The position numbers and the translations under genes were made by a program. Shown piece after piece: positions 8,658 through 17,333 of a stretch of DNA of 61,847 nucleotides. Origin of the DNA: Ignavibacteria bacterium. GTDB lineage: Bacteria > Bacteroidota > Ignavibacteria > Kapaibacteriales > Kapaibacteriaceae. Every line of letters begins with the position of its first letter. Position 1 is the stretch's first letter. The stretch lies in the NCBI GenBank assembly GCA_947459875.1, contig CANHFG010000004.1, forward strand, positions 1 through 61,847. Direction: 5' to 3'. The notes under the pieces were generated by a model. The model had not been told where the DNA came from. It saw only the letters and a list, made by a program, of their open reading frames with translations, and searched no databases.

Positions 8658-9389
8658 TCACTGCTGACCAATAAGGCCGAGAAACTCCGCACGCAGGACT
8701 TTGTTGGTTGCCAGTTCGCCGCGCATAACAGACGTGACCATCGTGCTGCTGTCATGGGCCTCCACTCCGCGGGCGATCATGCAGTAGTGCCGCGAGGAGA
8801 TCACCACGCCGAGGGCGATCGGGTCGAGAATCTCGATCAGGAAGTCGGCGATCTGCTCGCCAAGCTCCTCCTGGATCTGACCGCGACGCGAGAACCACTC
8901 GACGATGCGTGTGAACTTTGACAGACCGATGACCTTTTCGCGCGGAACGTATCCAATGGCACATGTGCCGTTGATCGGTTGCCAATGATGAGAGCACACG
9001 CTCATAACCTTGATGCCCTTGGAGATCACCAGCTCGTCGACGTTCTGACGGTTCGGGAAGACCGTGATCTTCGGTGCCGGAGAGTAGCGTCCGTCGAACA
9101 GCTCGGTGACCCACATTCGGGCAAGACGGAACGGGCTGTCGGTGCTGTTGGGATCATTGCGGTCGATGCGAAGCACCTCGAAGATCTCGGAGAACTTCTG
9201 CTCCAGCCGGGAGATCATCTCCTGGCGTTCCTCGTCCGAAAGTGGTATCGAGCCGTTGGCATCGAACAGCGGACGGCCCTTGGAGTCTACCGACGGGTAG
9301 AGACCGCCTGTTTTCATCAGATGGTGTTCGAGCTCGGCGTCGTCCAGATCCAACAGCGCAATGCGGCGGTTCGTCGGTGTTGTGCTCAT
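8658..9389 (-). CDS. folE: GTP cyclohydrolase I (FolE type, long N-terminus)
   Basis: The motifs VCSHHWQP (the position of the canonical CEHH), VIGLSKFTRIVEWFSRR.QIQEEL and HYCMIARGV are present. The PTPS stop forms an ATGA overlap with the folE start at 9389. Confidence 0.85.
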   Translation of the reverse strand: MSTTPTNRRIALLDLDDAELEHHLMKTGGLYPSVDSKGRPLFDANGSIPLSDEERQEMISRLEQKFSEIFEVLRIDRNDPNSTDSPFRLARMWVTELFDGRYSPAPKITVFPNRQNVDELVISKGIKVMSVCSHHWQPINGTCAIGYVPREKVIGLSKFTRIVEWFSRRGQIQEELGEQIADFLIEILDPIALGVVISSRHYCMIARGVEAHDSSTMVTSVMRGELATNKVLRAEFLGLIGQQ

Positions 9390-9853
9390 GCGGGCATCTC
9401 CAGTGATGAAGGGGCGAGAGCAAGGTCATACCGAGGGATCGACACGGGCTGACCAAAATACTCGGCCATGTTCTGGTCGGACTCGTAGACTTTGATGCAG
9501 TGCAGCTCCCCGGAGGGCAGGCGATGTTCGATTTGCTGCCAGAACAGAACACAGAGGTTTTCCACGGTGGGAATGATCCCACGCAGGAAATCGACATCGT
9601 AATTCAAATGCTTGTGGTCAACCTTGTCGACAACAGCCTCATCGAGCAGGTCCTTGAGCCGCTTCAGGTCGATCACGTATCCTGTCAGCGGATCAGGAAG
9701 CCCCTTGACCGTGACTTCCATGACATAGTTATGTCCATGACCAAGTGGATTGTTGCACTTGTCAAATACTGCCTCGTTTCGTTCGTCCGAGAACGTCGGG
9801 TTATACAGTCGGTGGGCAGCCGAAAATGCTGCTTTTCGCGTGACGTAGATCAT
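9386..9853 (-). CDS. 6-pyruvoyl-tetrahydropterin synthase (animal/cyanobacterial-type PTPS)
   Basis: ORF 9386-9985. The ATG at 9853 has AAGGA upstream. The sequence FSAAHRLYNP..SDERNEAVFDKCNNPLGHGHNYVMEVTVKG...DHKHLN...IKVYESDQN is very close to the eukaryote-type PTPS signature CNNPNGHGHNY. Confidence 0.85.
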   Translation of the reverse strand: MIYVTRKAAFSAAHRLYNPTFSDERNEAVFDKCNNPLGHGHNYVMEVTVKGLPDPLTGYVIDLKRLKDLLDEAVVDKVDHKHLNYDVDFLRGIIPTVENLCVLFWQQIEHRLPSGELHCIKVYESDQNMAEYFGQPVSIPRYDLALAPSSLEMPA

Positions 9854-9984
9854 GGCTGTCCTTCGAGAGTGTGCAGAGGTGACAATCGGGATTGCGGTTG
9901 TGTAACCGCGGGGCGCTGGAAATGGTTCCGGGCCGCGGGCCGAGAGGACGACTTTACCCGGCCGATGTTGGATATTTGCAGCCA

Positions 9985-10752
9985 ATGCTCATGCAAACTA
10001 CACCCGATCGACGGCTTTTCACTCTGCGGAGTCCATGCGTGCTCCTGCTCGCAGCGTGCATTCTGTGCGTTCCTCTGTGGGCAGACGAAAAAGTGCCATT
10101 GGACTCACTGATCTCGCCACGCATAACGATGAGTGCAAGCGGGACACTGTCCGTGCAGGGGCCGATGACGCTCAGTGGTGTGCCGTTTGATGCGGCACTT
10201 CACGCCGACACGATGGTCGTTTCCACAGGAAGCCCCCTGGGGATGAAGACCAGCAGCGTTTATGCCCGACGTGATACGTTTGTTGTCCTGAACTATCTGA
10301 CGCGGCAGGCATTTGACGGCAATCCGGGTTCGCCGGCTGCAACGGGCATGATCCCCATCCCCCTTGGCCTTGATGATATCCGCTGTCTTGTGCGCGGTGT
10401 CCCACCGGGTGATCTTGACGGGTTCGAGTTTGTGAATTCCCGAACCGATGGACAACTCCTGTACCGACGTCGCGACACGGCAACGGTCGAGTTTGCTCTC
10501 ATCGATACGACCATGCGAACAATGCGGCAGTATCAGCGTAAACGCAGCGATGGATCCACGGTTCTGAACGTCACCTACGGTTCGTTCAAGAGTATCGACG
10601 GGGTCATGGTGCCGTTCGGCGTGAGCGTTGCTGCCAATGACGACCAGCAGAAGATGCAGTTCCGTTTCGACGACGTGCGCCTGTCGCTGCCATCAACGCC
10701 CATGCGTCCGCTGAGCGTGCCCTCATCATTTACCCGCACAACCCTGCGCTGA
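9985..10752 (+). CDS. Secreted LolB-fold-like protein (DUF4292-like)
   Basis: ORF 9892-10752. The ATG at 9985 gives the signal-like N-terminus MLMQTTPDRRLFTLRSPCVLLLAACILCVPLWA. The central pattern PLGMKTSSVYARRDTFVVLNYLTRQAF matches my recollection of DUF4292. The family assignment is tentative. Confidence 0.45.
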   Translation: MLMQTTPDRRLFTLRSPCVLLLAACILCVPLWADEKVPLDSLISPRITMSASGTLSVQGPMTLSGVPFDAALHADTMVVSTGSPLGMKTSSVYARRDTFVVLNYLTRQAFDGNPGSPAATGMIPIPLGLDDIRCLVRGVPPGDLDGFEFVNSRTDGQLLYRRRDTATVEFALIDTTMRTMRQYQRKRSDGSTVLNVTYGSFKSIDGVMVPFGVSVAANDDQQKMQFRFDDVRLSLPSTPMRPLSVPSSFTRTTLR

Positions 10753-13274
10753 TGCTCTGCCGGGGCCGCTGCATTCTCTTTGTCGTGGTCGCGCTCTGTG
10801 GCAGCATGAAGGCCGCCGGACAGGATTCCGTCAACGTGTCGGCAAGTCAGGCATCGGCGACCGATACCGTGGTGGTCTTCACGGCACGCGACACGGCACA
10901 TCTGAAAGTGTCCGACAGATCACTGCGCCTGCGAGGTTCGGCACGTGTTGACATGCGCGATCAGCGTCTTGAAGCTAATGTGATCGTTATCAACTTCGAT
11001 CAGGCCACCATGCGTGCCGAAGGACTCAAAGACTCGTCGGGCACACTCACAGGCATGCCGGTCTTTCGAGATGCCGGCACAGAATATGCCGGCCGGTCGA
11101 TGACGTATAACTTCGAGTCACGCAAGGGGCGAGTGGAATTCGGCGAAACCTCAATTGACGGCGGCTATTACTACGGCAGCGCTATCAAGCGTGTGAGCGA
11201 ACAGACCGCCTACGTCGATGGCGGCTGCTATACGACGTGCGATGCTCCCCATCCACACTTCTACTTCACCTCGCCCAAGATGAAGGTGGTTGCTAACGAG
11301 AAGATCTTTCTCGACCCACTGATCTGGTATGTGGATGACATTCCCATCTTCGTGCTGCCACTCGGCATGTACTTCCCCATCGAGCGTGGGCGCCGTTCGG
11401 GGATCATCGTTCCATCGCCCGTGGTGACGGCTGATCGCGGGATCGTTCTGCAGAACCTCGGCTATTACTTTGCCATCAGTGACATTGTGGACGCGGAGCT
11501 GACCACGGACCTGACGACGAAAGGAGGCTTCACGCTGTTTGGTCGCGGACAGTATGTACTTGGCGATCAGCTGCGTGGTAACGCGGAACTCCGTTTTGGA
11601 TACACGCGCTTTGCGGTCACCGATCCCTTCACCATGAACTTCGGTGCGTCGATCCGTCACACGCAGCAGATGCGTCCCAATGAGAGTCTGGTGGCTGATG
11701 TGTTTTTTGCCTCGCAGCGGCTGCTGCAGAATACGTCGCTCAATCCACTTGACCGGGTGCAGCAAAATGCCCGAAGTAACGTGTCATACCAGCGAACGTT
11801 CTATAACGGGATGACCTTTAACGCCGGATACTCCCGCGACCAGAACATGATCAACGGGTCGACCACGCACCGCCCGACCGTAAGCTTTGGCATTCCCCAG
11901 GTGCTGCCTTTCAAGTCTCTTGCTCCGGCCGGATCCTGGCTTAGCGAGGTGCAGTTTTCCTACAGGGCCACCGGCACCTATACGGCCAGCCTGCAGCGTC
12001 CGGCTGATACCGGCGCGTTTAATGTGTCCGAAAATTCATTGGTCGAGCACCGCCCGTCGCTAACCCTCACGCCCCGATTCGGGAATGTTCAGATAGCCCC
12101 CTCGTTTAGCTTTTCCGAGAACTGGTACTTTCAGCGCCAGAGCGAAACGATCGATCCGGTCGACTCAACCCTTAGAGTATCGCGCCAGTCGGGATTCTTC
12201 CGCGAGTATACCTACGGCGTTGGCGTGAGCATGTCGACGTTTCTCTACGGTCTTGCCTATCCGAAGATCCTCGGCATACAGGCCATACGGCACACTTTGC
12301 AGCCGACGATCGGGTTGTCCTACGCCCCGGATCTTTCCGACACGACGCTGGGTTTCTACGGCACCTACACCAGCCCCGTCACGGGTCAGTCCATTACCTA
12401 TTCGCGGTTTGGCTCCGTCGGTGGGCTTGCTTCGCGGCAGACGCAGATGCTCGTGACCGGCTCGTTCCTAAACCGCGTTGCGATCAAGACCATGCAGGAT
12501 GACAGCGTCAGCAAGCCCATTGAATTGTTTACTCTTACGCTGAGCACCTCATACAATATGGCAGCCGATTCGCTTCGCCTGGCGCCGATCTTCTTCAACC
12601 TCAGAACGCCGATGCTTGATGCCCTTGAGTTCAACGTGACCGGTGCGTTCAGTGCCTATGACCAGGTGCTGTCGGTCGATCCTGCAACCGGACGTCCGGC
12701 CTGGCGAGACGTCAGCACGTCGATTATCGAGGCAGGCAAGGGGCTTGCCCGGCTCACCAGTCTGAACCTGCAGATGGGGTCGCGGTTCTCTTCCGACGGG
12801 GTTTCGCCCACACAGTCGGGACGCTCGGCACAGGACACCGCATCGACGAGTGATGATCTGCGGTCGCGCTTCGAGCGCCGCGTCAACACCCTTGAGCAGG
12901 AGTCCGACATCTTCGGCGACCGATCACCGGGCTGGTCGCCCCTTGCCATGCCGTGGGAAGTTTCGGGGCAGATACTCTACAGTCTCAGCCGGCCCAATCC
13001 GGAGCAGACAAGTCAGTCTCTGCAGGCCGTGATCCGAGGGGCTGTCTCACTTACCCCGACCACGCGTGTGGGGGTCTCCGGAACGGTCGACCTTCTCAGC
13101 GGACAGCTCATCAATCCCGTCGTCGACGTTACCAAGCAGATCCACTGCTGGTATCTGACGTTGAACTGGGTTCCCGTCGGATTTAACCGGGGATTCTTCC
13201 TGCGCTTCGGCGCATCCGCTGCCCAGCTGCGGGATCTGGTCATACCAAAACAATCAACACCGCTATTTCGGTAG
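10752..13274 (+). CDS. lptD: LPS-assembly protein LptD-like outer-membrane protein
   Basis: A signal peptide is followed by an OstA-like N-domain (LRLRGSARVDMRDQRLEANVIVINF). The motif CYTTCDAPHPHFYFTSPKMKV is typical of FCB LptD-like proteins. The beta-rich C-terminal part ends in an aromatic residue (...PLFR). The protein is 840 aa. Confidence 0.7.
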   Translation: MLCRGRCILFVVVALCGSMKAAGQDSVNVSASQASATDTVVVFTARDTAHLKVSDRSLRLRGSARVDMRDQRLEANVIVINFDQATMRAEGLKDSSGTLTGMPVFRDAGTEYAGRSMTYNFESRKGRVEFGETSIDGGYYYGSAIKRVSEQTAYVDGGCYTTCDAPHPHFYFTSPKMKVVANEKIFLDPLIWYVDDIPIFVLPLGMYFPIERGRRSGIIVPSPVVTADRGIVLQNLGYYFAISDIVDAELTTDLTTKGGFTLFGRGQYVLGDQLRGNAELRFGYTRFAVTDPFTMNFGASIRHTQQMRPNESLVADVFFASQRLLQNTSLNPLDRVQQNARSNVSYQRTFYNGMTFNAGYSRDQNMINGSTTHRPTVSFGIPQVLPFKSLAPAGSWLSEVQFSYRATGTYTASLQRPADTGAFNVSENSLVEHRPSLTLTPRFGNVQIAPSFSFSENWYFQRQSETIDPVDSTLRVSRQSGFFREYTYGVGVSMSTFLYGLAYPKILGIQAIRHTLQPTIGLSYAPDLSDTTLGFYGTYTSPVTGQSITYSRFGSVGGLASRQTQMLVTGSFLNRVAIKTMQDDSVSKPIELFTLTLSTSYNMAADSLRLAPIFFNLRTPMLDALEFNVTGAFSAYDQVLSVDPATGRPAWRDVSTSIIEAGKGLARLTSLNLQMGSRFSSDGVSPTQSGRSAQDTASTSDDLRSRFERRVNTLEQESDIFGDRSPGWSPLAMPWEVSGQILYSLSRPNPEQTSQSLQAVIRGAVSLTPTTRVGVSGTVDLLSGQLINPVVDVTKQIHCWYLTLNWVPVGFNRGFFLRFGASAAQLRDLVIPKQSTPLFR

Positions 13275-13296
13275 CCGTCATCCGTAATTTGCAACT

Positions 13297-15129
13297 ATGT
13301 GTGGAATCGTTGGATACATCGGCTCGAAGCAGGCAGCCCCGCTGATCGTCAGCGGTCTGAAGCGCCTCGAGTATCGCGGATATGACTCCGCAGGAATTTG
13401 TTGCATCGCCCCGGATGGGCTGACGATCGCCAAGAAGGCCGGCCGTGTGGTTGACCTTGAACGCGCGGTCGACCTGCATACGCTCGAAGGAACGGTGGGT
13501 GTGGGGCATACCCGCTGGGCTACCCACGGTGTGCCGTCGGATGAGAATGCCCATCCACACACAGACCATAGCGGTACCATCGCATTGGTGCACAATGGCA
13601 TCATCGAAAACTATCTGACGATCAAGAAGAAGCTGGCAAATGCTGGCTATACCTTCAAGTCCGATACCGACAGCGAAGTGCTTGCCGTGTTTATCGGCAT
13701 GCTATACGAGACCCTGCACGATCTTGAGCTCTCGGTGCGCACGGCTCTGGCCGAGGTGGAAGGAACCTTCGGGATCGTTGTACTGAGCACGCACGAGCCT
13801 GACGTTGTGATCGCGGCGCGCCGGGGAAGCCCCCTGATCCTCGGCATCGGGAATGGCGAATACCTCGTTGCCTCGGATGCGTCGGCTGTGATCTCCCACA
13901 CTCGCCAGGTGGTCTATCTGCAAGAGAACGAGATGGCGATCCTGAGGCGAGACGGGTTCTCGACGAAGACCATTGAAAACGTCGACACACGCAGCGTGGT
14001 CGAAGAGATCGCTTTTGAACTGGCCCAGATCGAGCGTGGTGGCTTTGAGCACTTCATGCTCAAGGAGATCTTTGAGCAACCGATCACCTTTCGAGACGGG
14101 TTCCGCGGACGACTCAGGGTTGAGGACGGCACCGTGCGTCTTGGCGGGCTTGCCAGTGTGGCAGAGAAACTCCGTCAGGCCAAGCGCATTATCATCACCG
14201 CATGCGGCACATCATGGCATGCCGGTCTCGTGGGAGAGTATCTCATCGAGTCGCTGGCACGCGTACCGGTCGAGGTCGAGTACGCCAGTGAGTTCCGGTA
14301 TCGTAACCCCATCATCAGTCCCGATGACGTGGTCATCGCCATCTCGCAGAGCGGCGAGACGGCCGATACGCTTGCTGCGATCCGGGAGGCCAAGCTCAAG
14401 GGGGCAACCGTTATCGGCATGGTGAACGTTGTCGGCAGCACGATCGCCCGTGAGACCGATGCCGGTGTTTACCTGCATGCCGGGCCGGAGATCGGTGTTG
14501 CCTCCACAAAGGCTTTTACCTCGCAGCTCTGTGTCCTGACGCAGTTTGCGCTGTATCTCGGGCGCATGCGTGCACTGTCGGCCGAACAAGGTATGGCTAT
14601 TGCCGAAGAGCTCGTGAACATTCCCGAGCACATCACGCGGATTCTCGATAACGTCGAGCCGATCAAGGCCATCGCCAAGAAGTATTCCGGGGCATCGAAC
14701 TTTTTGTATCTCGGACGCGGCGTCAACTTCCCTGCCGCGCTCGAAGGGGCGCTCAAGCTCAAGGAAATCTCCTACATCCATGCCGAGGGGTATCCCGCGG
14801 CGGAGATGAAGCACGGTCCGATCGCGCTGATCGATGAGAACATGCCGGTGGTGTTCATTGCCCCCAAGGACGAGATTTACGACAAAGTGCGTTCCAATAT
14901 CGAAGAGGTCCGTGCCCGCAATGGTCGGGTGATCGCTATCGCCGATGAAGACGACGATCGCATTGCCGATGTTGCCACGCATGTGATTCGCATCCCGCGT
15001 ACCCTGCCGATGCTTACGCCCATTCTCGCTTCCATCCCTTTGCAGCTGCTGGCGTATTTCATCGCCGTCGAGCGCGGCTGCAACGTTGACATGCCGAGGA
15101 ATCTGGCCAAAAGCGTCACGGTGGAGTAG
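13297..15129 (+). CDS. glmS: Glutamine--fructose-6-phosphate aminotransferase (isomerising)
   Basis: The N-terminal MCGIVGYIG (Cys2 nucleophile), two SIS domains and the C-terminal ...NLAKSVTVE are present. The protein is 610 aa. Confidence 0.97.
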   Translation: MCGIVGYIGSKQAAPLIVSGLKRLEYRGYDSAGICCIAPDGLTIAKKAGRVVDLERAVDLHTLEGTVGVGHTRWATHGVPSDENAHPHTDHSGTIALVHNGIIENYLTIKKKLANAGYTFKSDTDSEVLAVFIGMLYETLHDLELSVRTALAEVEGTFGIVVLSTHEPDVVIAARRGSPLILGIGNGEYLVASDASAVISHTRQVVYLQENEMAILRRDGFSTKTIENVDTRSVVEEIAFELAQIERGGFEHFMLKEIFEQPITFRDGFRGRLRVEDGTVRLGGLASVAEKLRQAKRIIITACGTSWHAGLVGEYLIESLARVPVEVEYASEFRYRNPIISPDDVVIAISQSGETADTLAAIREAKLKGATVIGMVNVVGSTIARETDAGVYLHAGPEIGVASTKAFTSQLCVLTQFALYLGRMRALSAEQGMAIAEELVNIPEHITRILDNVEPIKAIAKKYSGASNFLYLGRGVNFPAALEGALKLKEISYIHAEGYPAAEMKHGPIALIDENMPVVFIAPKDEIYDKVRSNIEEVRARNGRVIAIADEDDDRIADVATHVIRIPRTLPMLTPILASIPLQLLAYFIAVERGCNVDMPRNLAKSVTVE

Positions 15130-15135
15130 TCTCAA

Positions 15136-16134
15136 ATGCTGGGTCATGATGCTGCTCAATCGACCGTCGCCGACCTGCATGCCGGGTCGCGCCGTGCACT
15201 CTCGAAGTGTCTTTCTCTGATCGAGAGCACCAGGCCGGATGATCGGTCACTGGCCTACGACATCCTTGAACACTGCAGCGCTTCCCGGGATGGCTCATGG
15301 CGCATAGGATGTACCGGACCTCCGGGTGTGGGAAAGAGCACGTTCATTGAGCAGCTTGGCATGCAGCTCCTTTCGGCAGGCAGGCGCGTAGCGGTACTGG
15401 CGGTTGACCCAAGCAGCAGGCGCACCGGCGGCAGCATTCTTGGTGACAAGGTTCGCATGCCGCTATTGTCGACGCAGGAAAATGCCTTTGTCCGCCCGAC
15501 ACCGTCGAAAGCTACGCTCGGTGGTGCCGCTCCAAGTACACGCGATGCGATCACCATCTGCGAAGAAGCCGGATTCGATACGATCATCATCGAGACCGTT
15601 GGCGTGGGTCAGAGTGAGACCGACGTGGCCGATATGACCGACATGTTCGTGTTACTTGCCTTGCCGAACAGCGGCGATGACGTTCAGGGGATCAAGCGGG
15701 GCATCATGGAAGTTGCCGATGCGATCGTGGTGACGAAGGCCGATGTCGACCCGGCCGCTGCCAATCGCAGTGTTGCAACTCTCACCGGAGCGCTTCGGTA
15801 TATGTCGCATGCTGACTCAGACCGCGGTACTCCCGTGCTTTCGTGCTCTTCTCTAAGCGGTGAAGGCATTGACGAGGTCCTTCGGCAGATCGAGTCCTTT
15901 TTCGACGATACTCGCAACGAACACATTCTGCGCCGGCGGCGTCATCAGCGCGGTGAGTGGTTCGACCGTGCCATCGCATCGGAGCTCATCGTCAGACTGT
16001 CCGGACACGGGGCGTTTCATGCCGCAAGCGAGGCCATGCGCAGGCAATGCATCGAAGGTACGGTCGCACCAAGTCTGGCCGTCCATCGTCTGCTGGGTCG
16101 AGTTCAGTTAACTGTTCGTGAGGAACCAACATGA
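15136..16134 (+). CDS. meaB: Methylmalonyl-CoA mutase-associated G3E GTPase MeaB/ArgK
   Basis: The motifs GPPGVGKSTFIEQLG, ILGDKVRM, ETVGVGQSE and VVTKAD are present. Confidence 0.9.
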   Translation: MLGHDAAQSTVADLHAGSRRALSKCLSLIESTRPDDRSLAYDILEHCSASRDGSWRIGCTGPPGVGKSTFIEQLGMQLLSAGRRVAVLAVDPSSRRTGGSILGDKVRMPLLSTQENAFVRPTPSKATLGGAAPSTRDAITICEEAGFDTIIIETVGVGQSETDVADMTDMFVLLALPNSGDDVQGIKRGIMEVADAIVVTKADVDPAAANRSVATLTGALRYMSHADSDRGTPVLSCSSLSGEGIDEVLRQIESFFDDTRNEHILRRRRHQRGEWFDRAIASELIVRLSGHGAFHAASEAMRRQCIEGTVAPSLAVHRLLGRVQLTVREEPT

Positions 16135-17333
16135 GTCAGCTTTCCATCATGCAGCGTGCGGTTGCCGAAAGTGGCTTTGACGCATGGGTCCTGTATGACA
16201 TGCGCCGTTCGAATGATCTTGCTTGGGATGTGCTGCAGCTCGATGCCCAGGCCCACTGCACGCGTCGCTGGATGGTGATTATCCCCGCAAAGGGGCGGCC
16301 TGTGAAGCTTACGCACCGTATGGAGCAGGATCCTCTTTCGCATCTCGACATCGAGGCGGTGCTCTACGACACGCGCTCTTCTTGGACCGAAGCCGTTGGA
16401 GCGTGCCTAGCCCCCTACCAGCGGATCGCCATGGAGTACTCGCCTATGGGCGACCTTCCGGTGGTCAGCCGTGTGGATGCCGGAATGATCGATCTTGTTC
16501 GATCGTTCGGTGTCGAGGTAGGTTCTTCTGCCGATATGCTTCAGCAGTTCACAGCGGTGCTTTCGGAGGATCAGATCGCCGGTGCATGCATGGCTGCCGG
16601 AGAGCTGCGCGAAACGGTCATGAGTGCCTTTGCGCTGATCGCATCAGCGGTTCGAGAGAATCGACGGATCACGGAATATGAGGTGCAGTCCTTTATTCTC
16701 TCGGAGTTCAAGCGAAAGCGGCTTGTGACGGATTCCGCACCGATCGTTGCCATCGGACCCAATGCGGCCTCGCCACACTATTCGCCTTCGATCATCCGCA
16801 GCAGCGAAATCGAAGCGGAAATGGTCGTCCTGATCGACGCATGGTGCCGGCACGATAGTCCCGGATCGGTGTTTGCCGATATCACATGGGTAGGATATAC
16901 CGCCGAACATGTTCCCGAAGATGTTGAGTCGGCCTTTTCGATCATTCGTCGTGGGCGCGATGCCGCGCTTGCGCTTGTGCGCGATCGCTTTGCGCAGGGC
17001 GAGTCTATTGCCGGTTTTGAGGTCGACCGAGCATGCCGCTCGGTGATCGAGGATGCCGGTATGGGGCATGCATTCATCCATCGCACCGGACACAACATCA
17101 CGACGCAGGTCCATGGACCCGGCGCGAATATGGATGACTTTGAGACGCACGACACGCGGCAGATCCTGCCCGGAACATCGTTCTCCATTGAACCTGGAAC
17201 GTACGTTCCGGATCTGATGGGGCTGCGCACGGAGATCGATGTCATCATTACGCATGACAGGCAGGTACTGGTGCCAAGCGAGCCCATACAGAGGCATGTT
17301 CTGCCGATCCTGGCAGAGGGGTGGGCTGCGTGA
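16131..17333 (+). CDS. M24 family Xaa-Pro aminopeptidase
   Basis: The ATG forms an ATGA overlap with the meaB stop. The pita-bread metal-ligand pattern is present (DAWCRHD..., HRTGHNI, SIEPG, TEID). Confidence 0.75.
   Translation: MSQLSIMQRAVAESGFDAWVLYDMRRSNDLAWDVLQLDAQAHCTRRWMVIIPAKGRPVKLTHRMEQDPLSHLDIEAVLYDTRSSWTEAVGACLAPYQRIAMEYSPMGDLPVVSRVDAGMIDLVRSFGVEVGSSADMLQQFTAVLSEDQIAGACMAAGELRETVMSAFALIASAVRENRRITEYEVQSFILSEFKRKRLVTDSAPIVAIGPNAASPHYSPSIIRSSEIEAEMVVLIDAWCRHDSPGSVFADITWVGYTAEHVPEDVESAFSIIRRGRDAALALVRDRFAQGESIAGFEVDRACRSVIEDAGMGHAFIHRTGHNITTQVHGPGANMDDFETHDTRQILPGTSFSIEPGTYVPDLMGLRTEIDVIITHDRQVLVPSEPIQRHVLPILAEGWAA

Noticed and set aside
13275-13296. A glmS ribozyme upstream of glmS
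   Set aside because: Only 22 nt separate the lptD-like stop from the glmS ATG, which is far too short for the ~170-nt ribozyme.
14212-15180. A 322-aa minus-strand ORF antisense to glmS
   Set aside because: It is opposite a textbook glmS and has low-complexity composition rich in R, G, D and H. It is a shadow frame.
15136-16134. MeaB without an adjacent methylmalonyl-CoA mutase as an anomaly
   Set aside because: G3E chaperone genes are often unlinked from their mutase. A single-window view cannot establish that the mutase is absent.
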